Under the pieces are notes generated by a model, which was not told the origin of the DNA, made no database searches, and saw nothing but the letters and a program-made list of their open reading frames with translations. Positions 37,714 to 45,709 of a stretch of 64,000 nt of DNA are shown piece after piece (the stretch's first letter is position 1; every line of letters begins with the position of its first letter). Both the position numbers and the translations under genes were made by a program. Source of the stretch: Planctomycetota bacterium (lineage in GTDB: Bacteria; Planctomycetota; SZUA-567; H5-PLA8). The stretch spans positions 32,001 through 96,000 of the forward strand of contig JBBRPR010000016.1 in assembly GCA_038227875.1 (NCBI GenBank). Reading direction: 5' to 3'.

Positions 37714-38346
37714 GTGAAGAGCGAAACCTCGTGGAGCGTGCTGGTCGTGTCCAATGTGCTGATGTCGCTCGTAATCACCTTTTCCTGCGTCGTGGTGGCA
37801 GGATTTGCGGTCGAAGGGCTGCTGCGACTGACGCGGGGAATGGATAGCGTGGGTGGATACCGCTTCGACTCGAGTCAGATTCAGATCGTGGTACTGGAAT
37901 ATTCCGTCGTCAGCGGCTTTCTGATGTCGCAGGTTTGTTTTGCATTGCGCTATGTCCAGCGGGGCGAAAAGCCGTGGCGAATCTTCCCGTTTCGATTGCG
38001 CATCCGCCTGGCGACCGCGCTGGCGCTGATGCTGGCGGCCAGCGGCATTCTCTGGTTGAATTTACCGACGGCCTCCGCGCTGAACACATCGGATAATCGC
38101 CTCTATTCATACCAAGGTTGGCCTTTCACGTTCACGGAGTACAGCTCTGCGAATCCGGCGGGGTCTCAACGAGATGCACAACCCGATGACCTCAATCGTA
38201 ACTATACCGCCGCCATTGCAAATGTTCTGATTTGTGGCGATGTTCTGCTGGTACTTGCGCTGATGACGGACCTATTTCTTTCCCGACGTGAACGTGACAG
38301 CGCAGCAATCGAGGCAATCCCCACGCATACAGGAGCCCCCGTATGA
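37714..38346 (+). CDS. Membrane protein, GWP family (paralog 2)
   Basis: W..L.VSN.L, SQVCF, RIRLATALALMLAASGILWLN, YQGWPF, CGDVLLV. Confidence 0.75.
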   Translation: MKSETSWSVLVVSNVLMSLVITFSCVVVAGFAVEGLLRLTRGMDSVGGYRFDSSQIQIVVLEYSVVSGFLMSQVCFALRYVQRGEKPWRIFPFRLRIRLATALALMLAASGILWLNLPTASALNTSDNRLYSYQGWPFTFTEYSSANPAGSQRDAQPDDLNRNYTAAIANVLICGDVLLVLALMTDLFLSRRERDSAAIEAIPTHTGAPV

Positions 38347-38975
38347 AGCCCAAGCTCAACTGGACTACGCTGCTCGTTTCCAATGCGCTACTGACTCTGC
38401 CAGTGACGTTCACCTTCGGGGTGCTCGGATTTCTGCTGGGCGATCTCCTCAATCTGTTGGCGCACGACGGCAACCTCCATTTGCTTCCCGAATACATGCG
38501 CCAGGAAGAAGCCCTTCGTGGAGTGTGCATTGCCGCCATGCTTCTCGCCGGCTTCGCCACCTCGCAGATCTGCTTCGTCGTGCGCGTGATCCGCGAAGAT
38601 ACCGCTCCGCTCTGGTCCCTGCGCTTCCGCCTGCTCACGTCGCTGATTCTGATGCTGGCCGCTGCGGGATTTCTGTACCTGAATGTACGCACCGTTGTCC
38701 TGCAGGATCAGACCAATTACACGATGGTGCGATACGGCTGGCCGTTTCAATATCTCCGCGAATCCACGTGGACGGGTTCGGCGCCGGAGCAGTACTGGTT
38801 CCACTTCAATTTCGGCTTGAACTTTCTCTTCTGCGGCGACCTGCTGCTGGTAATCATGGTCGTGATCGAGTTCTTTTTGTCGCGCCGGAAAACGGCGGAA
38901 ATGAGTGCGCCGAAATTGAGCGTCGTTTCGATCGAGAACGGATCGCTGCCGAATTTGGCGAACGTTCGAGTGTAG
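38343..38975 (+). CDS. Membrane protein, GWP family (paralog 3)
   Basis: W..L.VSN.L, SQICF, RFRLLTSLILMLAAAGFLYLN, RYGWPF, CGDLLLV; ATGA overlap with paralog 2. Confidence 0.78.
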   Translation: MKPKLNWTTLLVSNALLTLPVTFTFGVLGFLLGDLLNLLAHDGNLHLLPEYMRQEEALRGVCIAAMLLAGFATSQICFVVRVIREDTAPLWSLRFRLLTSLILMLAAAGFLYLNVRTVVLQDQTNYTMVRYGWPFQYLRESTWTGSAPEQYWFHFNFGLNFLFCGDLLLVIMVVIEFFLSRRKTAEMSAPKLSVVSIENGSLPNLANVRV

Positions 38976-39011
38976 AAATGTCAACCCCGACGTGGCTTCA
39001 AGAATGGATCG

Positions 39012-39368
39012 CTACTCTTGCATGCGCGCGACGGCGTTCTTCTCGTCCATGAAGGCGATGCGAATGCGGTAGTTGGCGAGTTCCTTCTCGTCGAGCATGG
39101 CGTAGATCATGATGATCAGCTTATCGCCGATGCAACCCAGGCGCGCGGCGGCGCCGTTCAAGGAAAACGCGCCGGCTTTCTTGCCGGTGATGGCGTAGGT
39201 GGTCCAGCGTTCGCCGTTATTGACGTTGGCGATTTCAACCTGCTCGCCTTCGACGATGTTCAGTCGGCGCATCAGGTCTTCGGGGATGGTCATCGAGCCG
39301 ACGTAATTGAGACTGGCGTCGGTGACGGTGGCGTGGTGAATTTTGCAGCGGCAGACGGGTCTGAGCAT
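39012..39368 (-). CDS. panD: Aspartate 1-decarboxylase
   Basis: KIHHATVT, YVGS (Gly-Ser autocleavage site), NNGERWTTYAI, NGAAAR. Confidence 0.95.
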   Translation of the reverse strand: MLRPVCRCKIHHATVTDASLNYVGSMTIPEDLMRRLNIVEGEQVEIANVNNGERWTTYAITGKKAGAFSLNGAAARLGCIGDKLIIMIYAMLDEKELANYRIRIAFMDEKNAVARMQE

Positions 39369-39548
39369 TTCGGTATCCCACATTCAGTGACGACTAACGT
39401 GGCAGGCACGAACAACTTCTGATAATTCTAGTGCGCGGCAGTTCCGTCCGCAACGGCGTGAATTTTTGCGCGGATTTCGCGCATCGGCGCCACGCGACGG
39501 GCGTCGAAGAGGGTGGATCATTCTGCGAATTCATCAGGAGACGTTGAG

Positions 39549-40817
39549 ATGCGCACTGCTGCACTGTTGATCGCCGGACTGAGTCTGCTGTCGGCGAGCG
39601 TTTTCGCGGAAGAACCGGCACCGGCCTCCACCGATGGCGTGCTGCCGCTGACGCTGCTGGAAGCGTCGCGCAGCGGCGATGACAATGCCGCGGGAAAGGG
39701 CAGCATCGAGCTTGCCGTTGCCGCGCTGGCCGAGACCCCGCAGGGACGGTCGGGTCTCGCGATCAACAGCCCGGATGAAATGCGATTTCCCTACAGAATG
39801 GACTTCGATGCCCCCGGCGTCACGACCGCGGCGCTGAAGGCCGGCACGATCAAACTCCTGAAGCCCGGCGCGGACCATTCCCTCGTGCTGTGGGTGAAGG
39901 CGTCGATGGGCGACAACTACACGTACACGGTTCCCGTTGCGCTCTCGCGTTCCGGCAACACGCTCACGCTGGTGCTGGAACATTGGTACGACAACGGCGA
40001 CCGCGACAAGTCGTATTCGGTTCAATACAACTACCTGATCGACTCCGGGAAACTGGCGGCCGGCGAGTACAATCTGCGGCTCGTCGTCCGCTCGTTTCTG
40101 TTGGGCGATCAGAAGGGCTCGGTGCTGAAGCAGGCGTACAGAAGCAACAGCACCCGCGAAGGCGCGCTGAAATTTTCCGTGGGAGAAACGTCCGCCGCCG
40201 GCGACGTGCCGGTACTGAAAGAGGCGAAGGCAATCCCATCTGGACCGGCACTGGACGCCTTCTGGCAGTTGCCGCGCTGCGCGAAAGGCGCGGCGCGAGC
40301 GGAGAAGCACCCCAATCCCGGCGTCTACGCGGGAACGTTGGACATCCAGGCTTGGCTGAAAAGCACGCGGGTCGAAGCACCCGAATTGACGGCGCCCGCG
40401 CCGGCAGACCCGGTCTACGCGATGGTTGTCGGTCCGCTCATGAACTCCGGCGATTCGATCCGCCTGCGCAGCATCTGCAACATTTTTGACACGAAGAAAA
40501 TCACGCTGGAAGTGGAACTGTACCAGGACGACCGGCCGCGTCTGCAGAACGTTCGGTCGCATCCTGTGCTGCTGGTGCCCCTGCAATTTTCGGGCGCCGG
40601 CACGTACACGGTGGAAGTGCAATGGATCGGCTTGCACGCCAAGGATTCAAGCGGCCCGTACGTTCCCGAATCCGACGCCGTGGCGGCCGCATTGAAGAAG
40701 CTGGAGAACACGCGCGAGCTTGTCGTCGCTGCCGATCCCAACGCCGTGACGCCAAAACCGTCCTCGCCGCGCAACCCGCCGCCGACTGCCAAGCCGGGGG
40801 CGAATTCGGATTTCTAG
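39549..40817 (+). CDS. Hypothetical secreted protein with internal duplication
   Basis: Signal peptide MRTAALLIAGLSLLSASVFA; AGGAG RBS. Confidence 0.72.
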   Translation: MRTAALLIAGLSLLSASVFAEEPAPASTDGVLPLTLLEASRSGDDNAAGKGSIELAVAALAETPQGRSGLAINSPDEMRFPYRMDFDAPGVTTAALKAGTIKLLKPGADHSLVLWVKASMGDNYTYTVPVALSRSGNTLTLVLEHWYDNGDRDKSYSVQYNYLIDSGKLAAGEYNLRLVVRSFLLGDQKGSVLKQAYRSNSTREGALKFSVGETSAAGDVPVLKEAKAIPSGPALDAFWQLPRCAKGAARAEKHPNPGVYAGTLDIQAWLKSTRVEAPELTAPAPADPVYAMVVGPLMNSGDSIRLRSICNIFDTKKITLEVELYQDDRPRLQNVRSHPVLLVPLQFSGAGTYTVEVQWIGLHAKDSSGPYVPESDAVAAALKKLENTRELVVAADPNAVTPKPSSPRNPPPTAKPGANSDF

Positions 40818-40901
40818 TTCCGAGTGTGATTTAATTTGATTCGATGAAAAACCGAACGTGTTTGTGAATATTCTGGGGCTGACTATCATCTCTGGCGATT
40901 A

Positions 40902-41450
40902 TTGCCATGGATGCGGAGCCCTATGACAGAAGAGCCTATTGTCGTCGACGTTCGTCTTACACAAGCCGACTACATGCACTTCAACAAATGGCATTTTTAT
41001 AAGAGAAATCCGATCAGTAGTTTTTTGGTCGTCATGTCGTATCTCTCTATAGGTCTATTTCTCCTTGTGAATCTCTGGCCAAACCGTTGGATTCAATGCG
41101 AATTTACCCAATCCCTGTACATGCTCATTCTGCCATTCTTCTATTTGGTGTTCATTCCGTATTCGGTCGTCGCCGGATACAAAAAAATGGCAAAGTCCGA
41201 TCCCTCCCGTCTGGAAATGCATTACGAGTTTCTACCCGATTGTATTCGAGTAACGTTGCCCGCGTCCAAAGTTGAAGAGACTTGGGCAAATTATCAGAAT
41301 GTGGTCGAAACTCCGTCGCACTATTTTCTTTACCTAAGTTCGGTGCAGGCTCGCATTATCCCGAAGCGCGACCTGTCAGAGGACAAACTCGCCACTTTCC
41401 GGGAATTCATTGACCGCAACATCGACAAGACGAAACTCGTTCGCGGCTGA
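40902..41450 (+). CDS. YcxB-like membrane protein
   Basis: Two TMs, then W..Y..VVET...F.LY......IIPKRD; lower GC. Confidence 0.8.
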   Translation: MPWMRSPMTEEPIVVDVRLTQADYMHFNKWHFYKRNPISSFLVVMSYLSIGLFLLVNLWPNRWIQCEFTQSLYMLILPFFYLVFIPYSVVAGYKKMAKSDPSRLEMHYEFLPDCIRVTLPASKVEETWANYQNVVETPSHYFLYLSSVQARIIPKRDLSEDKLATFREFIDRNIDKTKLVRG

Positions 41451-41509
41451 ACACAGCCGCTTTAATGCGGCAGCAACTGGTCGAAGTGCCTCACGTTGTG
41501 CGCGAAATC

Positions 41510-41531
41510 GTGGTCGCAAATTTGCGACCAC
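41510..41531. other. Perfect 22-bp palindrome
   Basis: GTGGTCGCAAATTTGCGACCAC equals its own reverse complement. Confidence 0.8.
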
Positions 41532-41603
41532 CCAAAACCAACGACCTCGCAAACCAAATATGGACTGATTCCGGCAAAGGTGTGAGCGCGGCTTGCGAAA
41601 TTC

Positions 41604-41747
41604 TCATGCCGCGCGCGCAGCCACAACCGGGCGCAGGCGTTTCTTCTCGACTCCGCAGCGCTGGCAAACTGAGGTATGGCTCGCGTCGGCGTGCTTCGTG
41701 GTCGTTTTGCAAGGGGCGCAGTAGTGGACGGTCGTTTGTGCTTTCAT
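41604..41747 (-). CDS. 47-aa zinc-ribbon protein B (MKAQTTVHYCAPCKTTTKHADASHTSVCQRCGVEKKRLRPVVAARAA)
   Basis: CxxC-x5-H-x8-CxxC; purine-rich RBS (AAAGGGAAG); paralog of 41983-42159. Confidence 0.8.
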   Translation of the reverse strand: MKAQTTVHYCAPCKTTTKHADASHTSVCQRCGVEKKRLRPVVAARAA

Positions 41748-41787
41748 CGGTCTTCCCTTTCTCTCGTGGGTGTAGCGTCCTGGGTTG

Positions 41788-41828
41788 AAAAAAGAAAAGG
41801 GCCGGAGGTTTCTGGCCTCCGGCCCTTT
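41788..41828 (-). terminator. Attenuator terminator B
   Basis: Perfect 13-bp stem AAAGGGCCGGAGG/CCTCCGGCCCTTT followed by TCTTTTTT on the minus strand. Confidence 0.85.
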
Positions 41829-41857
41829 CACGCTTCTGAAAATTTCAGTTTAGCGGG

Positions 41858-41959
41858 TCAGGTCGAAGGCCTTTCAAACGAAAGATGAACGCAGCAGCGA
41901 ATGGCGGCTACGCGCTTCGAACACATGGACCAGCTAAACAGACCTGACGTCAGATTCAT
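41858..41959 (-). CDS. Leader peptide B (MNLTSGLFSWSMCSKRVAAIRCCVHLSFERPST)
   Basis: 33 aa, 3 Cys; the last codons (GCCTTCGACCT) are complementary to the 5' arm of terminator B. Confidence 0.7.
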   Translation of the reverse strand: MNLTSGLFSWSMCSKRVAAIRCCVHLSFERPST

Positions 41960-41982
41960 CGTTGCACTCGGATTCCTTAAAC

Positions 41983-42159
41983 TCAATTCCAACGGGCGTC
42001 TTCGCTGTGTTCCTGGCTCGGGCTGGACTTCGCTACGACGCGACTGAGGTTCTTGATCGCTCCGCAGCGCAGGCACACAGAAGTCGTTTCCGACTCCGTG
42101 TGCTTGGTCGTTGCTTTACAGAGACTGCAGTAGTGAAGGCTGGTCTGTCTTCGTTTCAT
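41983..42159 (-). CDS. 58-aa zinc-ribbon protein A (MKRRQTSLHYCSLCKATTKHTESETTSVCLRCGAIKNLSRVV...)
   Basis: CxxC-x5-H-x8-CxxC; 19 of 32 core residues identical to protein B. Confidence 0.8.
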   Translation of the reverse strand: MKRRQTSLHYCSLCKATTKHTESETTSVCLRCGAIKNLSRVVAKSSPSQEHSEDARWN

Positions 42160-42176
42160 GCTCAATCCCGATGGGT

Positions 42177-42216
42177 AAAACAAAAAGGGCCGGAGGTTTT
42201 TAAACCTTCGGCCCTT
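42177..42216 (-). terminator. Attenuator terminator A
   Basis: AAGGGCCGAAGG-TTTAAAAA-CCTCCGGCCCTT followed by TTTGTTTT on the minus strand. Confidence 0.82.
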
Positions 42217-42239
42217 GCACTTACGGGGTTGCTGGCAAG

Positions 42240-42347
42240 TCAGGCCGAAGATCTCTGAGTTTTCAAGTGTGCAAGACCGACAACGATCTTACGACGCATA
42301 CATCCGCAGGCGCACCAGCTCTGTGTAAGGCGACGAACCGAAGACAT
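42240..42347 (-). CDS. Leader peptide A (MSSVRRLTQSWCACGCMRRKIVVGLAHLKTQRSSA)
   Basis: GGAG RBS 6 nt before the ATG; 35 aa with CxCxC; the last codons TCTTCGGCCT pair with the 5' arm of terminator A. Confidence 0.75.
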   Translation of the reverse strand: MSSVRRLTQSWCACGCMRRKIVVGLAHLKTQRSSA

Positions 42348-42385
42348 GGGGCGCTCCAGAACTTCCACAGACAGTTGCACCTATC

Positions 42386-42415
42386 TAATTAACCCCTTTT
42401 AAGGGCTGCTGTCAA
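42386..42415 (-). promoter_or_regulatory. Putative promoter of the tandem cassette
   Basis: TTGACA, then an AT-rich imperfect -10 (TTAATT/TAATTA) at 17-18 bp; the spacer holds a near-palindrome CCCTTAAAAGGG. Confidence 0.5.
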
Positions 42416-42459
42416 GAGGTGCGGGAAACAGAATTTTCTAAGTCTTTTGGAATCGTAAA

Positions 42460-45400
42460 TTATTTTTTGACGTCCGACACCGCCCCGTATTCGGTCTCAT
42501 CTTTCATCAGGTCCCCGCCGCCGCCGATGCCTGTTTCCACGTCGCGGACGGTCAAGTGGTAGAGACCCGCCGGTTCGTTGAGACCCAGCACAATCTGGAA
42601 TTCCTGCTGTCCTTCCGCAGCGACGAACGTCTGCGTGTACGCGGGCAGGAGCACCCCGGCGTCGTTGGTCAGCTCGGCGTGAAATAAATGCGTGCCGGGT
42701 GTGATTCCCAGCGCGGCGCTCAGCGTCGCCGTGACTTTGAAACTGCCGCGCGGGTCGATGCGGCGGAGCTTCACATTGAGGTGCTCGGCCTTGTACGGTA
42801 GCGCGGAGAGCAGTGTCGGCCGCAGCGCATCGAGCCGCGCCTTCACCGCCGCGCCGGCGCCGAGGAACTGGCCGGTCCGCATGTCGTACCAGTAACGCGT
42901 GACTTTGTCGGTCGTGCCGACCCAGACGGTCTGATCGTTGATGGCACTGCCGAAACGGCGCTGGATGCCAAAGAGCTCGTGGTCCGCGCCAAAATGGAAG
43001 CGAGCCTGATGCAGACCGCGGATCGGGACGCTCTCTTCCGACCACACTTTTAGCGGACTGCCGGAGCAGGCTTCGCCGAGCAGATCGCCGAGGACCAGGC
43101 GCAACGCTTCACCGCCGGTGGGTTTGCCGAATTGCTTTTCGTAGTCGGCGCGAGAAACGTCAAAGTAAGTGAACAGCGCCGCATCGGGAGCTTCACGCAG
43201 CGCGCCGTAATCCTGCAGCATCAGATTCAGGTAAACGAAGTGGCCCGCCCTGTTGGCTTTGGTCAGGAAGGCCGGCGCGCCCGACAGCGTCCCAGCTCCC
43301 ACGGCCGAACCCCGCGCCGCGACGCCGGGTTCCATTGCCCGCAACTCGGGCGACGAGGGACCGACGGGCTTGCGCGTCGCAGCGTCAATCAAGGTCACGC
43401 GCGCGGTGCTGGCGTCGGAGTTGGCATCATTGATGGTCAATTCTTTTCGCACGATTCCAAACTCGGCGTCGAGCGCTCCGGCGCACAGACTCTCCGCTGA
43501 GAATGTCGGGCGGCGCTTGCCGCTGCCGTCGAACAGTCCGCAGGCGCCGTCGGCGACGACCAACCCGCCGGCGCGGGCGAAAGCGCGGATCGCGACGGTT
43601 TCTTCATCGCTGAGCGAGACGACTTTGGGCAGGATCAGCACTTTCGTGTGGGAACTGGCCAGCACGCCGCTGTGCAGTTGCTGCGCGTTCAGATAAAGGG
43701 GCGAATAGCCGAGGTCTTCCAGCAGCATCGACCAGCCGCGCAAAGCGGCGAAACCCGTGTTGCTGGCCGCGTCGCGATCCATCCAATCTTGAGCGCTGGC
43801 GCGCTGGCAGTCGAGCAGCCAGTTCACCTGCAGTGAGCGCGGAGAATAGTAGAGCGCGACGGCATCGCGGACGGGCGTGGCGGCTTGGCGCAACTGCGTG
43901 ATGCCGCTGCTGAGCGCGCGGAAATCGGCGGCGAGCGCCTTGGTCGCGGGAAGCGTCTCTTGCTTGTCGTCGACGAGTGCGCGGGCATCGGCAATGCAGC
44001 CGTTGTCGCCGCGCAGCCAGCGGTCCCAGAGCTGATGAACATCCGCCGGATGGTGGCCGCCCAGCGCCGAGAGCCAGTGCATCGACGGCGCAAAGTTGCG
44101 GAGCAATTCGCGGCTGTACGCGTCGTCGTGTTCTTCAGCCCAATCGAGCACCTTGCTCAGCTGTGCGGCGTCCCAACCATTAAAGGGGGAGGGCGCAGCC
44201 AGTCCCGTTAGGCCGGCGCGGACTTCGTAGGGCGAATTGGCGCCGTGCTGCAGTTGCGCTTTGAATTCCCGCAGCATGCGCGTGAAGGCAAAATCATTAA
44301 ACGAGCGGAAGTCGCTCCACGCGGCGAAATTATCGTTGGCATCGTTGACCAGCACCGGCCGCGCACTGACGGGTTCGGGCACCAGGCTGAAACTGGTCTT
44401 CGGCTTGTCGGTCAGCAGCACTTGATCAGTGGTCGGCGGATGGACCTGATCCCACTTGGCAAAGTTCGAGCCCCATTCGCGGTTGAGCGCCGGGAGCGTG
44501 TGGTAGCGCCGCTGCAGCCACGCGCGGAAAACGTCGAGCGTGCCCGGCGCCATGCTGCCGTCGAAGGGTGCGTTACGGTTGGGTGACAGCGACAAGGCAT
44601 CGCCCAGCGACCAGCCCAGCGGCTGAAAGCCGCGCTTGGCCGTCAGGCCCGCGTCGATGTGTTCGGACATCTGCGCCACGGCGGCGTCATCAAACAACGA
44701 GAGCCCGCGCTGCAGCGCCGCGGCATCGCGCGATTTGCGGTACTGAAGGTAGGTCTGCTCCAGCGACTTTCCGGCCTTGAGCAGATTCTCGTCCGGCGCG
44801 ATCAGTTCACTGAAAAACGGCAGCGCCTGGCGCGTGTAGGTCGTCGGCGCATCGCTGGAGTCGCTCGCGCCGCCGGAGATGCCCAGCTCGCGGAGCTTCT
44901 GCCAGGCCTTGGGCGTGAGGAATTCGCCGCCGCGCAACGCGACGACGTACTCGTCCCACGGCTGCGGCGCATGGACCTGGAAACGGGTCTGCGCCACGAT
45001 GGCGGCGGGAATCGGCGCTTCGGTATCGTTCTGGCGCGGCGTGATGCGCACGACCACGAGGCGATGCAGCTGCCCGACGCAATGGTCCGGCATGGTGATG
45101 CTGAAGGCGATCGGTTCGCCGGGAGTTGCTTTGAAGGCGTCGACATTGTATTCGCCCATCACGCGCTGCGCGCCGTCGACCCAGAGCAGCTTCAAGCGCT
45201 CGGCGGGGGTCGTCGTGGCGAGCGTGCCTTCCAGCGGCGACTTGGCGTCGATCTCCAGCCGCGTCAGGTGCAGGGTGTAGGTCGCGTCTTCTTTTTTCGA
45301 CGTGACTTCGACGCGTTCGGGATGGATCGGAAGTTCGGAGCGGTCGACAAATTCAGCGCCGGAAGATGAAGATGATGTCAGCGCGGGCGCGGTGTAGTCA

Positions 45401-45597
45401 ACGTCGAGCGGCTTCTCTTCGGCCATCTTGCGCAGCGAGGCCACGTCGCTCTGCCCGACATGCGCCGCATGATCGCGTGACGACGCGTGGTCGTGCGACG
45501 TGTTCGTCGCGCAACCGGCGCAGAGCGTCAGCGCGGCCACGGCCAAAACACGGCGGCGGCTCCGGCGAGCAAAAAGTGGCTTGGGGCTAATTGGCAT
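42460..45597 (-). CDS. GH42-like glycoside hydrolase with trimerisation domain; putative Tat lipoprotein
   Basis: FRAWLQRRY.TL.ALNREWG, WSDFR.F, VALYYS, KVLILP...LS; N-terminal RR plus LCAGC lipobox-like. Confidence 0.75.
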   Translation of the reverse strand: MPISPKPLFARRSRRRVLAVAALTLCAGCATNTSHDHASSRDHAAHVGQSDVASLRKMAEEKPLDVDYTAPALTSSSSSGAEFVDRSELPIHPERVEVTSKKEDATYTLHLTRLEIDAKSPLEGTLATTTPAERLKLLWVDGAQRVMGEYNVDAFKATPGEPIAFSITMPDHCVGQLHRLVVVRITPRQNDTEAPIPAAIVAQTRFQVHAPQPWDEYVVALRGGEFLTPKAWQKLRELGISGGASDSSDAPTTYTRQALPFFSELIAPDENLLKAGKSLEQTYLQYRKSRDAAALQRGLSLFDDAAVAQMSEHIDAGLTAKRGFQPLGWSLGDALSLSPNRNAPFDGSMAPGTLDVFRAWLQRRYHTLPALNREWGSNFAKWDQVHPPTTDQVLLTDKPKTSFSLVPEPVSARPVLVNDANDNFAAWSDFRSFNDFAFTRMLREFKAQLQHGANSPYEVRAGLTGLAAPSPFNGWDAAQLSKVLDWAEEHDDAYSRELLRNFAPSMHWLSALGGHHPADVHQLWDRWLRGDNGCIADARALVDDKQETLPATKALAADFRALSSGITQLRQAATPVRDAVALYYSPRSLQVNWLLDCQRASAQDWMDRDAASNTGFAALRGWSMLLEDLGYSPLYLNAQQLHSGVLASSHTKVLILPKVVSLSDEETVAIRAFARAGGLVVADGACGLFDGSGKRRPTFSAESLCAGALDAEFGIVRKELTINDANSDASTARVTLIDAATRKPVGPSSPELRAMEPGVAARGSAVGAGTLSGAPAFLTKANRAGHFVYLNLMLQDYGALREAPDAALFTYFDVSRADYEKQFGKPTGGEALRLVLGDLLGEACSGSPLKVWSEESVPIRGLHQARFHFGADHELFGIQRRFGSAINDQTVWVGTTDKVTRYWYDMRTGQFLGAGAAVKARLDALRPTLLSALPYKAEHLNVKLRRIDPRGSFKVTATLSAALGITPGTHLFHAELTNDAGVLLPAYTQTFVAAEGQQEFQIVLGLNEPAGLYHLTVRDVETGIGGGGDLMKDETEYGAVSDVKK

Positions 45598-45612
45598 CGG
45601 CGCTTAGTCTAG

Positions 45613-45709
45613 CAGCCCGGAGTAAAAGGTCCATTCCGTCGAGAGTTTCCGTGAAACGCCGGGCTGTGTCGGCGTTTCATGGCGTCAGTCGAGTGTTTTG
45701 TCCGGGCTG
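45613..45709. mobile_element. 97-bp MITE-like element, second copy
   Basis: TIRs CAGCCCGGA..AAAA / TTTTGTCCGGGCTG; CTAG on the left; same internal CCGTGAAACGCC..GGCGTTTC hairpin as the 29981 copy. Confidence 0.7.

Noticed and set aside
41748..41831. Longer 75-aa version of zinc-ribbon B (likewise the 66-aa version of A and the 72-aa version of leader B)
   Set aside because: The extensions run through terminator sequence or overlap the upstream gene; paralog alignment supports the MK starts.
41788..42216. The two near-identical hairpins as a mini-CRISPR
   Set aside because: Only two copies, about 390 bp apart, with U tails and coding DNA between them; no cas genes in the window.
41465..42258. 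Plus-strand ORFs across the cassette (107, 70 and 98 aa) as toxin/antitoxin or real genes
   Set aside because: No motifs or hydrophobic toxin-like peptide; they cross the terminators, whose U tracts are oriented for the minus strand.
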